DNA from: Minisyncoccota bacterium
Lineage (GTDB): Bacteria; Patescibacteriota; Minisyncoccia; Phycocordibacterales; UBA9973
DNA length: 64,000 bases
Direction of reading: 5' to 3'
NCBI GenBank assembly: GCA_036405895.1
Contig: DASWWS010000002.1
Coordinates: 124,029 to 188,028, forward strand
Shown here: positions 16,127 to 25,682 of the stretch, one piece after another
Layout: each line of letters starts with the position of its first letter
Position numbering within the stretch: the stretch's first letter is position 1
The notes under the pieces: model-generated
Told to the model about the DNA's origin: nothing
What the model saw: the letters and a program-made list of their open reading frames with translations, nothing else
The model's database searches: none
Made by a program: the position numbers and the translations under genes

Positions 16127-16144
16127 TAATTTTAATATACCTAT

Positions 16145-16492
16145 ATGACACGAGTAAAACGAGGAACAATTGCAAACAAGCGCCGAAAGAACGTATTAGC
16201 CCAGGTAAAGGGGTACCGTTTTGGCCGCAGCACCAAGGAGCGAATGGCAAAGGATGCTATTGCCCACGCTGGGACCTACGCATTTGCACACCGCCGCGAC
16301 AAGAAAAGCGACAAGCGCCGATTGTGGCAGGTGCAGATCAATGCAGCAGTTCGCGAGCTTGGCCTCACCTACTCTGTGTTTATCGATAAGCTCAAGAAAG
16401 CGAACATCGAAGTAGACCGCAAAATCCTCTCTACTCTTGCACAAAACAGCCCTGCATCATTCAAGCGAATCTTTGATACAGTAAATAAATAA
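16145..16492 (+). CDS. rplT: 50S ribosomal protein L20
   Basis: MTRVKRGTIANKRRKNVL...GYRFGRS. Confidence 0.95.
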   Translation: MTRVKRGTIANKRRKNVLAQVKGYRFGRSTKERMAKDAIAHAGTYAFAHRRDKKSDKRRLWQVQINAAVRELGLTYSVFIDKLKKANIEVDRKILSTLAQNSPASFKRIFDTVNK

Positions 16493-16500
16493 GAATAATA

Positions 16501-16530
16501 AAAAATCTCCCGTTAAACGGGAGATTTTTT
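16501..16530. terminator. bidirectional intrinsic terminator
   Basis: AAAAATCTCCCG-TTAA-ACGGGAGATTTTTT. Confidence 0.85.
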
Positions 16531-16536
16531 ATTATT

Positions 16537-16998
16537 TTATGATGGCCAGTACCCTTCAATAAAACAAGAGTACCCGGAATTTGTGTGATTCTGGTCACAG
16601 CGATTGTTCGGTGCCCAGTTTTCAAATATAGTAAAAATAATGTAGCCCTGATTACTGTTTGTCGGAGCATACTGAAGACGGCACTGTATATTAGCGGGAT
16701 CTTTGGGGTACGCCGGAAGAAACCCCTCTGTCACTAAGCTCTGCATAAAGTTATTGTTCGTTGTTGTATACCCCTCAGTTCCCACACATTCGTTTTCAGT
16801 ATAGTTGGGATAGTATCCATACTTATCGTAATAAAACTCAAGCGCTTTTTGTATTTCCCGAATAGTTGAAACGCGCTGTGCATCACGTCCTTTTGCCCGA
16901 GCACTGTTTAACGACGCGAGAACAACTGATGCCAAAATGCCGATCACTGCGATGACGACGAGGAGTTCGATGAGGGTGAAACCGTTTTGTTTTTTCAT
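16537..16998 (-). CDS. type IV pilin-like protein
   Basis: MKKQNGFTLIELLVVIAVIGILASV. Start at ATG 16998, abutting the stop of the upstream pilin gene. Confidence 0.85.
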   Translation of the reverse strand: MKKQNGFTLIELLVVIAVIGILASVVLASLNSARAKGRDAQRVSTIREIQKALEFYYDKYGYYPNYTENECVGTEGYTTTNNNFMQSLVTEGFLPAYPKDPANIQCRLQYAPTNSNQGYIIFTIFENWAPNNRCDQNHTNSGYSCFIEGYWPS

Positions 16999-16999
16999 A

Positions 17000-17524
17000 T
17001 TACCAATTTGTTCGCTCTGCATTCATCATCGCTCCTGGGGTAAACACTCCCGCTGTACACTGTGTCCCAGACCGGTCAGGGTCATAGAAACCAAAGCTTG
17101 CTGGCAAGGGCGGACACGAGACGCTTTCAATGGTTTGGTGGGCAATAAACTTGTAATCAATGCCATCTGAATTATATAAATAGCAGCCGTGCGTGGTAAC
17201 AGGCTTTGGGTCAAGTGGGAGGACTGGTATGTAGGTTGGAGCCAGGTTTGGAATATATCCGGTCGCACCCATGGTACCATATGAACCATAGGCAGAACAG
17301 TTTCCCCGCCATCCTCCTCCGCTCGAAGGATACACACCATAGTCTGCCATATACAGCTCAAGTGCATTCCTGACCTGTGTCAAATCAGCCTTTCTTTTTG
17401 CATCTCTCGACTTTGCCCGAGCACTGTTTAACGACGCGAGAACAACTGATGCCAAAATGCCGATCACTGCGATGACTACTAACAGTTCAATAAGGGTGAA
17501 ACCTCTTTGGCGAGCGCGAAACAT
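17000..17524 (-). CDS. type IV pilin-like protein
   Basis: MFRARQRGFTLIELLVVIAVIGILASV. The 5' coding region is nearly identical in DNA to 16537-16998. Confidence 0.85.
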   Translation of the reverse strand: MFRARQRGFTLIELLVVIAVIGILASVVLASLNSARAKSRDAKRKADLTQVRNALELYMADYGVYPSSGGGWRGNCSAYGSYGTMGATGYIPNLAPTYIPVLPLDPKPVTTHGCYLYNSDGIDYKFIAHQTIESVSCPPLPASFGFYDPDRSGTQCTAGVFTPGAMMNAERTNW

Positions 17525-17545
17525 GTATCCTCAGTATATCAGCAA

Positions 17546-18016
17546 TTACGAAGGCCACTCGCCTTCCATGAAGCAGGAATATCCTACATCCGTATGTTCC
17601 TGATTGCAGCGGCCGTTTGGCGGCAGTTTCTCAAACTTCACAAAAACAATGTAACTTTGATTGTTAGCATTGTATACGCCGTATTGCACATTGCAGTTTA
17701 CATTGTTGGGATCCTTTGGGTATGCCGGCAAAAACCCTTCGGTGACCAAGCTCTGCATAAAATTATTGTTCACTGTTGTGTACCCTTCCGTACCGACGCA
17801 TTCATTTTCCGTCTCGTGCGGATAATACCCATATTTGTCATAATAAAATTCCAGTCCTTTTTGTATTTCACGGATGGTGGCTGCCCGCTGCGCATCGCGT
17901 GCCTTTCCTCTCGCACTGTTCAAGGATGTCATCACAACGGATGCCAAAATCCCAATCACTGCGATGACGACCAAAAGTTCAATAAGGGTGAAGCCTCGAC
18001 TGGCATTAGATTTCAT
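17546..18016 (-). CDS. type IV pilin-like protein
   Basis: SRGFTLIELLVVIAVIGILASV. TGCTATACT-N6-ATG. Confidence 0.85.
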   Translation of the reverse strand: MKSNASRGFTLIELLVVIAVIGILASVVMTSLNSARGKARDAQRAATIREIQKGLEFYYDKYGYYPHETENECVGTEGYTTVNNNFMQSLVTEGFLPAYPKDPNNVNCNVQYGVYNANNQSYIVFVKFEKLPPNGRCNQEHTDVGYSCFMEGEWPS

Positions 18017-18033
18017 GTAAAGAGTATAGCAAA

Positions 18034-18798
18034 CTATAGCGTCAGAATTTCCGGATACCCTTCGGTATTGATAAGCACTGTATGTTCAAAATGAGCCGAG
18101 CGAGAGTTGTCGGAAGTCTTCAGCGTGTAGCCGTCTTTCAAGAGTATCACTTCTTCGCTTCCGCGCGAGAGCATTGGCTCGATAGCAATCACCATACCGG
18201 GAACTAATTTATCCCCTTTGCCTTTTTTGCCGTAGTTTGGAATGAATGGGTCTTCGTGGATATGGCGCCCTACGCCGTGCCCTGAAAGCCCGCGGACAAT
18301 ACCAAGGCGATATGGCTTCACAAACTCCTGGATTGCATAGCCAATGTCACCTACCGTTGCTCCTGGCACAATAGCTGCAATCCCTTCATCAAGCGCGCTT
18401 TTGGTAATAGAGAGGAGTTGCTTGTCCTTCGGAGAAATCTCTCCAATGCCTACAGTAATAGCGTGATCGAGGTACACTCCTTCGTACTTCAGTCCCAAGT
18501 CGAGCGCGACAATATCGCCCTCCTTCAATACATATTCCCCCGGTACACCATGCACCACTTCACTGTTAACTGAAGTAATCAGGCTCGCCGGATAGGGGCG
18601 GTCGGCGCCTTCAGGCGTGTAGTTGAGAAATGCAGGAGTGCAACCGGCATCAATAATAAGCTTGTGTGCAATCGCATCAAGTTCTTTTGTTGAAATGCCA
18701 ACCTTTGTTTGCTCCGCGACCTCGCGCAAAATACGCGCAAGGATTGGCCCTCCCTTTCGGAGCTTTGCTATCTCTTCTTCTGTTTTGATGATTATCAT
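18034..18798 (-). CDS. map: methionine aminopeptidase type I
   Basis: Pita-bread fold motifs: HGVPG, DxGxxxxGYxxD, HGxGxxxHE. Confidence 0.95.
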   Translation of the reverse strand: MIIIKTEEEIAKLRKGGPILARILREVAEQTKVGISTKELDAIAHKLIIDAGCTPAFLNYTPEGADRPYPASLITSVNSEVVHGVPGEYVLKEGDIVALDLGLKYEGVYLDHAITVGIGEISPKDKQLLSITKSALDEGIAAIVPGATVGDIGYAIQEFVKPYRLGIVRGLSGHGVGRHIHEDPFIPNYGKKGKGDKLVPGMVIAIEPMLSRGSEEVILLKDGYTLKTSDNSRSAHFEHTVLINTEGYPEILTL

Positions 18799-18820
18799 GT
18801 ATAAAAAATTACAGTTGCAA

Positions 18821-19408
18821 TTACAATCCTAAAATGTGGCAAATATCGCTGTGCACTTCTTCAATCGTCTGCTCGCCGGCAATATCGTGAAACCGTATCA
18901 GCGGGCTTTCGCGCAAGAGCACGATTGCGGGCTCAACGCTTTGGTGAAACCATTGAATACGCCCCCATACCTCTTCTTCCACGGCATCGTCCGCGCGGCC
19001 GCGCGCCTTGATATGCTCGTACGACCATTCGTCCGATACTTGGAGATTAATCACATGCGCCTCCCATCCGTAAAATTGAATCGCGGAGAGCAGCAACGGC
19101 ACTTCTTCGGGGACGCGCGGTGTTCCGTCAATAAAGACGGCTCCGGTGCCCGTATAGGCTTCTATAAGGCAGTGTGACCACATATGAACGCCGATAAACG
19201 GCGGCGGCAGCTTTCCTTTCTCTACCATTGATTTCACTTTCTTTCCGGTATAGGTGTCATTTGCAATGAGTTCTCGAAATTTCTTGCCGGTTTCAATAAT
19301 GCACGTGGCTAAAAGTGGATCAATTTGCTTGATCTTTGCTTCAAGGAGTTTTACTTGTGTACCCTTACCAGCACCTGAGCGCCCGATAAAGATATATACA
19401 CCGTTCAT
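18821..19408 (-). CDS. adk: adenylate kinase (short, divergent)
   Basis: P-loop GRSGAGKGTQ. Position is secY-adk-map. Start at ATG 19408, which avoids overlap with secY. Confidence 0.8.
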   Translation of the reverse strand: MNGVYIFIGRSGAGKGTQVKLLEAKIKQIDPLLATCIIETGKKFRELIANDTYTGKKVKSMVEKGKLPPPFIGVHMWSHCLIEAYTGTGAVFIDGTPRVPEEVPLLLSAIQFYGWEAHVINLQVSDEWSYEHIKARGRADDAVEEEVWGRIQWFHQSVEPAIVLLRESPLIRFHDIAGEQTIEEVHSDICHILGL

Positions 19409-19454
19409 ACGAACAAAGTATAGCAGTAAAGAGATGAAGAAGTAATAAAGAAGA

Positions 19455-20726
19455 TTAGTACTCTTGCATTGACACCTGAGCGTCAACGCGGCGAATGAGG
19501 TCAATGATAACTGAGACAGTAATCAACAAAGATGTTCCACCAATTGCAAATGCAGTGATACCAGAGAGATTTTGCACAATGATCGGAAGCACGGCAACTG
19601 TACCGAGGAAGAGCGAACCAACGAGCGTGATGCGGGTAACAACGCTTGCAAGGTAGCTGTCAGTTGCCTGTCCTGGGCGAGTACCCGGGATAAATGCGCC
19701 GTTTTTCTGAAGATTGTCGGCAATCTGTTTTGGATCAAAGGTGACCGCTGTATAGAAGTAGGTAAAGAACACTACAAGAACAAAGTAGATAGCAGCATAG
19801 AGCCATGTGTTCTGCAAAAACGCAGTGAGTCCCTGGCTGACCGCATAGAGCGCTGGCACTGTCGAAGTCTGCAGGAGTGTGGCAATAAACTGCGGGAAAA
19901 GGAGGAATGAAGACGCAAAGATGATCGGCATCACACCAGCCTGAGTAAGGCGAAGCGGGATGTACGAGTCGCTTCCACTAAAGCCACGCACTCCGCGCAC
20001 TTGGCGCGCGTACGTCACATGTACTGGGCGCTCCGCTTCGTAGATATACACCACTCCTGCAATAACGAGAAGTCCGATTGCAAGATAGAGAAGCACTGTT
20101 GGGAGCATGTCTATTGTGAACGTAAAGAGGAATTGTGAAATACTTGTTGGAAGAACGGCCAAGATACCAGCCAAGATGATGATGGATGTACCATTCCCGA
20201 TACCAAACTCATTAATAAGTTCACCGAGCCACAAAAGGAGCATTGAACCTGCAGTGATGATGACGATATTTGTAAGGAGGGATCCTGCTGAAAGAGTACC
20301 AATAGCGCCCTGAGTCTGAAGGTATTTCAAAAAAGCAAAGGCTTGCAGTACGGAAATAGGCAGCGTCAAAAGACGGGTGTACTGGTTAAAAGTACGGCGG
20401 CCCGCTTCCCCGCTCTCCTGCATCAATTCCTTCATTGAAGGAATCATCATGCCGAGCACCTGCATAATGATAGATGCGGTGATGTAAGGAGAAACACCAA
20501 GCATAACGATAGAGAATGAAGAAAGTCCTCCACCAGAGAGCGTGCTAAAGAGCGAGAGAAGCTGGTTGTTTGCAAGAAATTCTGTCAAACGGCTCGTGTC
20601 TACTCCGGGAACCGGGATAGTACCGAGAAGTCGGAAAATAACAAGAACACCGAGCACAAAAAGGATGCGGTTTCGAAGAGACCGATCCATTATTGCTGTT
20701 TTTAGTTTTTTGAAAAAAGTGTTCAT
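19455..20726 (-). CDS. secY: preprotein translocase subunit SecY
   Basis: Ten TM helices, 423 aa, canonical position after rplO. Confidence 0.96.
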   Translation of the reverse strand: MNTFFKKLKTAIMDRSLRNRILFVLGVLVIFRLLGTIPVPGVDTSRLTEFLANNQLLSLFSTLSGGGLSSFSIVMLGVSPYITASIIMQVLGMMIPSMKELMQESGEAGRRTFNQYTRLLTLPISVLQAFAFLKYLQTQGAIGTLSAGSLLTNIVIITAGSMLLLWLGELINEFGIGNGTSIIILAGILAVLPTSISQFLFTFTIDMLPTVLLYLAIGLLVIAGVVYIYEAERPVHVTYARQVRGVRGFSGSDSYIPLRLTQAGVMPIIFASSFLLFPQFIATLLQTSTVPALYAVSQGLTAFLQNTWLYAAIYFVLVVFFTYFYTAVTFDPKQIADNLQKNGAFIPGTRPGQATDSYLASVVTRITLVGSLFLGTVAVLPIIVQNLSGITAFAIGGTSLLITVSVIIDLIRRVDAQVSMQEY

Positions 20727-20746
20727 GGGGCGGATGGATATAATGC

Positions 20747-21187
20747 CTAGCCGAGGACAGTACCTCCAGCTGCTTCAATTTTTGCTTTCGCAATGTCAGT
20801 AATCTGACATTCGCGGATAGTAACTGCCTTGGTGATTTCCCCTCCTGCGAGGATTTTCACAACCGGGATGCGGCCTTGTGAGCGGCGTACGAGACCTGCT
20901 GCAAAGAGTGCTGCTGGTGTAACTGATGCGCCTGCTGTAAATACGCGTTCGATTTGAGACACGTTTACAGGAGATGGCTTGATAGCAAAGGCCTTGTTGG
21001 TGTTCTTGCCGCGACCGCGAAGTTTTGGCAACTTCTTGATCATATCACGAATCATCGGGCGAATCTTGTGACCTGCACGAGCGCGCTGACCTTTGGTACC
21101 GCGACCAGAAGTCTTACCGCGCTTGCTACCGCGGCCGACGAGCTTTGCTTTCTTGTTTTCAGTTGTGCGCTTGATAGTGTTTAACAT
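20747..21187 (-). CDS. rplO: 50S ribosomal protein L15
   Basis: GRGSKRGKTSGRGTKGQ motif. Confidence 0.95.
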   Translation of the reverse strand: MLNTIKRTTENKKAKLVGRGSKRGKTSGRGTKGQRARAGHKIRPMIRDMIKKLPKLRGRGKNTNKAFAIKPSPVNVSQIERVFTAGASVTPAALFAAGLVRRSQGRIPVVKILAGGEITKAVTIRECQITDIAKAKIEAAGGTVLG

Positions 21188-21197
21188 GGTAGTGATA

Positions 21198-21836
21198 TTA
21201 TTTCTTCTCTTGTGGAGCTACAGGAGCTGCTACAAATGTTTCTGCTGGCTTAGGAGCCGTGAACACGTGCTTAGTGCTGATAGTAGAAAGTGCCTTCATC
21301 ACCGCGCGCGCTGTGTTGAGCTTGTTCTTGCTTCCTGAAATTACTTTCCCTGAAACGTCTTTGAGTCCTGCGATAACAGCGATGTCGCGAAGTGCTGCAC
21401 CTACTACAAGCCCCTTACCATTGTTTGGGAAAAGCATCACCTTGCTTGAAGTGTACTTTGCATTCACATCGTGAGGAATAGAGTGCTTCTCTGTGCGCTT
21501 GATTTTGATTGCGTTTTTCTTTGCATCCTTGAGAGCCTTTGCAATAGCGAGGGCTGTGTCATTACCCTTCCCTGTTCCAACACCAACCACTCCGAGAAGC
21601 TTGTCTCCGATAATCATAGAAACGGCAAAACTCATACGGCGACCACCTGCAACCACGCGAGTAACTCGGCGGATATCAAGAATTTTTTGGTCAACGTCTT
21701 TTACGCGCTCTGTAAACGGTTTGCCGTCACGGCGAGGTCCGCGAGGACCTGAGCCACCTGCACCACCAGTGCGAGGACCGCGGCTTTGGTAGCTTGATGT
21801 GTTTGATGGAGTTGTAGGTGTAGTAGGTGTAGTCAT
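21198..21836 (-). CDS. rpsE: 30S ribosomal protein S5 with Pro/Gly/Arg-rich N-terminal extension
   Basis: RVTRVVAGGRRMSF...GVGTGKG core, with an N-terminal extension of about 45 aa. Confidence 0.95.
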   Translation of the reverse strand: MTTPTTPTTPSNTSSYQSRGPRTGGAGGSGPRGPRRDGKPFTERVKDVDQKILDIRRVTRVVAGGRRMSFAVSMIIGDKLLGVVGVGTGKGNDTALAIAKALKDAKKNAIKIKRTEKHSIPHDVNAKYTSSKVMLFPNNGKGLVVGAALRDIAVIAGLKDVSGKVISGSKNKLNTARAVMKALSTISTKHVFTAPKPAETFVAAPVAPQEKK

Positions 21837-21844
21837 AAAAATGT

Positions 21845-22192
21845 TTAGAAGTTAAGTCCCGCTTCTCGAGCTGCGTCAGCTAAAGCTTTCACGCGACCTG
21901 CGTACTTAAAGCCGTTTCGGTCAAACACTACTGTGTCGATTCCTTTTGCTTTTGCAGCTGCTGCAATGCCCTTCCCGACCGTTTGCGCACTTTCCATCTT
22001 TGTTCCCTTTGCTTTTGGAAGATCGTTGAATGCCAAGAGGGTTACTGCTTTTACGTCATCAATAAGCTGAGCGTAGATATGTGTACTTGAACGAAAGACG
22101 CTCAAACGAGGGCGAGTGTCTGTGCCTGAAATAGTAGCACGAATCTTGCGCTTGATGCGGAGTTTCTTCTGTTGTGGCGTTTGTCGTGACAT
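21845..22192 (-). CDS. rplR: 50S ribosomal protein L18
   Basis: [20 protein letters not shown]. Confidence 0.95.
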   Translation of the reverse strand: MSRQTPQQKKLRIKRKIRATISGTDTRPRLSVFRSSTHIYAQLIDDVKAVTLLAFNDLPKAKGTKMESAQTVGKGIAAAAKAKGIDTVVFDRNGFKYAGRVKALADAAREAGLNF

Positions 22193-22208
22193 ATAATTGA
22201 TTTATTGA

Positions 22209-22748
22209 TTATGCAGTCTTCTTACCTGCCTTGCGACGAATCACTTCGTTATCGTAGCGGAAGCCCTTACCCTTATATGGTTCTGGCTTTTTCTTTGCGC
22301 GTACTGATGCAGCGAATTCTCCCACAACTTCCTTGTTAATACCAGTGATAGTGATGTTATTCTTCTCTGCTGTTACAGTGAGGCCTTCAGGAATTGCAAT
22401 CACAACAGGGTGAGAGAAACCGAGTGCAAGGTGAAGATCAGTGCCTTTGACTTCGCTCTTAAAACCAACCCCTTCGAGGATAAGCTTTTTCACATACGGT
22501 GTGTTTACTCCAGCAATCATGTTCTTCACGTGTGAAGCATGTGTTCCCCAAATAGCGCGAGCAAATGAATCAGTCCCCTTTTGTTCAAAGGTAACGAGCG
22601 CGTTTGCAGCATCGATGTTGATAGTTACCACTTCAGGAAGATTTTTTTCGAGTGTGCCAAGTGGCCCCTTCACGCGGAGAATGCCTCCTTCGTATGTAAC
22701 TTCAGTATTAGCTGGGATTACCAATTGTTGTTTTCCTACTCTGCTCAT
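22209..22748 (-). CDS. rplF: 50S ribosomal protein L6
   Basis: MSRVGKQQLVIP...PEPYKGKG. Start at ATG 22748. Confidence 0.95.
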   Translation of the reverse strand: MSRVGKQQLVIPANTEVTYEGGILRVKGPLGTLEKNLPEVVTINIDAANALVTFEQKGTDSFARAIWGTHASHVKNMIAGVNTPYVKKLILEGVGFKSEVKGTDLHLALGFSHPVVIAIPEGLTVTAEKNNITITGINKEVVGEFAASVRAKKKPEPYKGKGFRYDNEVIRRKAGKKTA

Positions 22749-22752
22749 ATAA

Positions 22753-23142
22753 TTACCAAATTTTGAATAACGCTTCTCCACCGACCAATTCTTTCTTTGC
22801 CTGCTTGTCGCTGAGGATTCCTTTCGGAGTTGAAAGGATGATAAGACCGTGGCCGTTTTTCACTGGGCGAAGGTCGCGAGTGCCCATGTATACGCGGCGA
22901 GAAGACTTTGAAATACGCGCAACATCCTGAATCTTTGCAACACCGTCTTTGTACAAGAGTCCGATTTCAATAACAGGAATATTGTTCTTTTCTGTCTTCT
23001 TTGAAACATCAGAAACAAAGCCGTGCTCCTTAAGGCACTGTGCGATTGCGTACTTAAGCGCTGAAAAAGGCACTACCACACGGTCTTTTGAAACCATGGA
23101 AGCGTTTTTCATTGTGATGATCATGTTTGAGATTGAATCCAT
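22753..23142 (-). CDS. rpsH: 30S ribosomal protein S8
   Basis: DSISNMIITMKNA...LSTPKGILSD. Confidence 0.95.
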   Translation of the reverse strand: MDSISNMIITMKNASMVSKDRVVVPFSALKYAIAQCLKEHGFVSDVSKKTEKNNIPVIEIGLLYKDGVAKIQDVARISKSSRRVYMGTRDLRPVKNGHGLIILSTPKGILSDKQAKKELVGGEALFKIW

Positions 23143-23155
23143 AAAAATAGTGAGA

Positions 23156-23341
23156 TTACCAAGAAGACTTGCGAATACCCGGAATCATGCCCTCGTTGGC
23201 AAGTTCGCGGAAACAAATACGGCATAGCCCGAAATCGCGCATGTAGCCATGACGACGACCACACTTGAAACAGCGGTTTACAATGCGGGTGCTAAATTTT
23301 GGCGTCTTTTTGGAACGCGCAATAACGGATGTCTTTGCCAT
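23156..23341 (-). CDS. rpsN: 30S ribosomal protein S14 type Z (zinc-binding)
   Basis: 61 aa with CxxC...CxxC ([20 protein letters not shown]). Start at ATG 23341. Confidence 0.93.
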   Translation of the reverse strand: MAKTSVIARSKKTPKFSTRIVNRCFKCGRRHGYMRDFGLCRICFRELANEGMIPGIRKSSW

Positions 23342-23439
23342 ATTGATTGAACGTTCTGTGGAATATCGCGCGTTGCTTTCTTCTGTACTCAAAACTTGGG
23401 TAAAAAAGAGAGAAATGCGGATTACCAAAGAACTCGAGT

Positions 23440-23468
23440 ATCTTATCAAATGAAGCTTCTTTCGTCAA
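23440..23468 (-). promoter_or_regulatory. sigma70-type promoter for rpsN and downstream genes (TTGACG-17-TAAGAT)
   Basis: -35 at 23463-23468 and -10 at 23440-23445 (rc). Follows the terminator of the inserted gene and is about 95 nt upstream of rpsN. Confidence 0.55.
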
Positions 23469-23487
23469 CCCGACTTCCCTATTAATA

Positions 23488-23513
23488 ATAAAAGCCCCTT
23501 ATACAGGGGCTTT
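23488..23513 (-). terminator. intrinsic terminator overlapping the stop of the inserted gene
   Basis: AAAGCCCCT-GTATA-AGGGGCTTTTATTATT on the minus strand. Confidence 0.75.
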
Positions 23514-24050
23514 CGCTTCTTTTTGTAAGGCTATTTTCTGTGAAAAATGCTCATACACTTTTGAGTCCGCAAACAATGGATTTTTTACTATGAGCCATAA
23601 ATTATGGTCATACTCTGTCTCGACCAAAGCAATCACCTTCTCAACCATAGAGGGGGCGAGAAATGCGCCCCTTAAAACAAGAAAAGCATCTGGGGAAAGC
23701 TCTTTTGTTGAATAGCCATGCAATATGGTCAATCGATAGTCGTTTTCGGTTTGATCGATCCACGACTCGAGGTATGGCCCTAATAGCTTAGCAAAGTCAG
23801 AAATAAACCCTCCCGCTTCTTGATAGCATTCGAAAAGCTTGTTGATGTTTCTTAGGAAACCAAAACGCTCATCACTTTGAGGGTGAAGGGTTCCTATTCC
23901 ATATGAAAGAGTACTTTCAACATGAGTTCGTGTTGCCGCTTTTTTCTCTTTCAAAAGGGCTTCAGCATTATGATTCGATTTCAAGTAAAGAACCATTAAA
24001 GGGATTCCTGCGATGAAACCTCCTGTAAAGAAATAAATAATTCCATTCAT
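23499..24050 (-). CDS. hypothetical membrane-anchored protein inserted between rplE and rpsN
   Basis: One N-terminal TM helix and a soluble domain of about 150 aa with no motif I recognise. AT-rich. ATG at 24050 (TTG at 24059 is also possible). Confidence 0.65.
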   Translation of the reverse strand: MNGIIYFFTGGFIAGIPLMVLYLKSNHNAEALLKEKKAATRTHVESTLSYGIGTLHPQSDERFGFLRNINKLFECYQEAGGFISDFAKLLGPYLESWIDQTENDYRLTILHGYSTKELSPDAFLVLRGAFLAPSMVEKVIALVETEYDHNLWLIVKNPLFADSKVYEHFSQKIALQKEAKAPV

Positions 24051-24069
24051 AGTCTTCAATTTTTTCCTG

Positions 24070-24097
24070 ATACTACTCCCTTCCCCTTAAATGTCAA
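24070..24097 (-). promoter_or_regulatory. sigma70-type promoter (TTGACA-16-TAGTAT) for the inserted gene
   Basis: -35 at 24092-24097 and -10 at 24070-24075 (rc), with an AGGAAA Shine-Dalgarno sequence. The -35 overlaps the rplE terminator hairpin AAGACCGCCC/GGGCGGTCTT at about 24097-24122. Confidence 0.6.
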
Positions 24098-24131
24098 AGA
24101 CCGCCCTTGCGGGCGGTCTTTTAGTAAAAAA

Positions 24132-24680
24132 TTATTTCTCTACTTCTTTCTTGAATGGGATTCCAAGGTGTTCGAAGAATGCGAGGGCTTCAGCTTTGGT
24201 CTTTGCAGAAGACACAAGAGTGATAGCAAGACCGAAGACATCGCGGAGGTCTTCGTCGGAAGTTTCCGGGAAGATAGAATGCTCCTTGATGCCGATAGTC
24301 ATGTTCCCGATTGAGTCCACAACCTTGCGATCAATTCCGCGGAAGTCTTTTGTACGAGGAAGCGCAATGTGGATGAGCTTGTCGACAAAGTGGTTCATGC
24401 GAGCGCCGCGAAGCGTTACCGTGAGTCCTACAGGATCCCCTTCACGGATCTTGAAGCTTGCCACTGACATCTTTGCCACGCGAAGCGTAGGCTTTTGGCC
24501 GGTGATGCGCATAAGGCGGTCTGCCACAAGGTTATTTCGTTCGCGGTCCTTCTTCATTCCTGAACCGGTTCCGCTTGAAACTACCACCTTCATGAGCTTC
24601 GGTGCTGCCATCTTGTTCTTGTAGCCAAACGCGCTGAGCGCTTCAGGTACTTTTTCTTGTTGTGCTTTAGTGAGTTGCAT
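24132..24680 (-). CDS. rplE: 50S ribosomal protein L5
   Basis: NKMAAPKLMKVVVSSG...FRGI motifs. Confidence 0.95.
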   Translation of the reverse strand: MQLTKAQQEKVPEALSAFGYKNKMAAPKLMKVVVSSGTGSGMKKDRERNNLVADRLMRITGQKPTLRVAKMSVASFKIREGDPVGLTVTLRGARMNHFVDKLIHIALPRTKDFRGIDRKVVDSIGNMTIGIKEHSIFPETSDEDLRDVFGLAITLVSSAKTKAEALAFFEHLGIPFKKEVEK

Positions 24681-24684
24681 AAAA

Positions 24685-24993
24685 TTATTTTAGAGTCTTA
24701 CCGCTTTTCTTCTCAAATCGAACCTTTTTGCCGTCTTCAGTGCGTACACCGATGCGAGTACCGGTACCGGTCTTACTATCGATAAGCATAACATTTGATG
24801 CGTTGAATGCTACTTCAACTTCAACAATAGAGCCTTTCTCGGTCTTTGAACGAGCCTTGATGTGGCGCTTTGCCTTGTTTACACCGTCAACGATAACGCG
24901 ATTGGTTTCTTTGATAACACGCGCAACAGTCCCCTTCTGACCCTTGTTCTTGCCGGCTGTTACTATTACATTGTCTCCTTTTTTGATCTTCAT
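24685..24993 (-). CDS. rplX: 50S ribosomal protein L24
   Basis: KIKKGDNVIVTAGKNKGQKG (KOW motif). Confidence 0.95.
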   Translation of the reverse strand: MKIKKGDNVIVTAGKNKGQKGTVARVIKETNRVIVDGVNKAKRHIKARSKTEKGSIVEVEVAFNASNVMLIDSKTGTGTRIGVRTEDGKKVRFEKKSGKTLK

Positions 24994-25005
24994 AAAAATT
25001 TTGTA

Positions 25006-25377
25006 TTAGAGGACTTCAGGTGCCAATGACACGATTTTCTGATAGCCAAGTTCACTGATCTCACGTGGGATCGGTCCAAAGATGCGTCCAGCCTTCGGCT
25101 CTTTCTTTCCTTTATCAATGATAACAACAGCGTTGTCGTCAAAGCGGATGTATGAACCGTCCTTTCGGCGAAATGCTGTCTTTTGGCGTACTACTACACC
25201 ATATACCACATCCTTTTTCTTAATCGGCTTGCGAGGTTCTGCAACCTTTACAGAAAGCACTACCAAGTCGCCAATCATCGCATAGCGACGTCGTGAGCCG
25301 CCGAGCACCTTAAAAATCTTACCGATTTTACCGCCGCCGTTGTCTGTGATTTTTACTACTGTTCCTGCTTGTAACAT
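25006..25377 (-). CDS. rplN: 50S ribosomal protein L14
   Basis: MLQAGTVVKITDNGG...IRFDDNA. Confidence 0.96.
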   Translation of the reverse strand: MLQAGTVVKITDNGGGKIGKIFKVLGGSRRRYAMIGDLVVLSVKVAEPRKPIKKKDVVYGVVVRQKTAFRRKDGSYIRFDDNAVVIIDKGKKEPKAGRIFGPIPREISELGYQKIVSLAPEVL

Positions 25378-25387
25378 ATAATTGAAA

Positions 25388-25633
25388 TTATGCTTTTACT
25401 ACTGAAAAGCGCTTGTCTTTTGAAATTGGGCGACCTTCAACAATAGAAACCAAGTCCCCTTTCTTTGCAGCATTGTCTTCGCTGTGAGCCTTGAACTTCT
25501 TTGTAATCTTGAGGTACTTTTTGTACTTCGGGTGCTTCACAAAACGGGTAACAGCAACAACCACCGTCTTGTCCATTTTGTCGGAGACGACTGTGCCTTT
25601 GAGTATTTTGTTTGTAGTGGTTGTTGTAGTCAT
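25388..25633 (-). CDS. rpsQ: 30S ribosomal protein S17
   Basis: [16 protein letters not shown]...HPKYKK. Confidence 0.95.
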   Translation of the reverse strand: MTTTTTTNKILKGTVVSDKMDKTVVVAVTRFVKHPKYKKYLKITKKFKAHSEDNAAKKGDLVSIVEGRPISKDKRFSVVKA

Positions 25634-25682
25634 ATTGCGTGTGTATAGTACTTATTTTTCAGTGTTTGGCAAGTTTGGGCGT

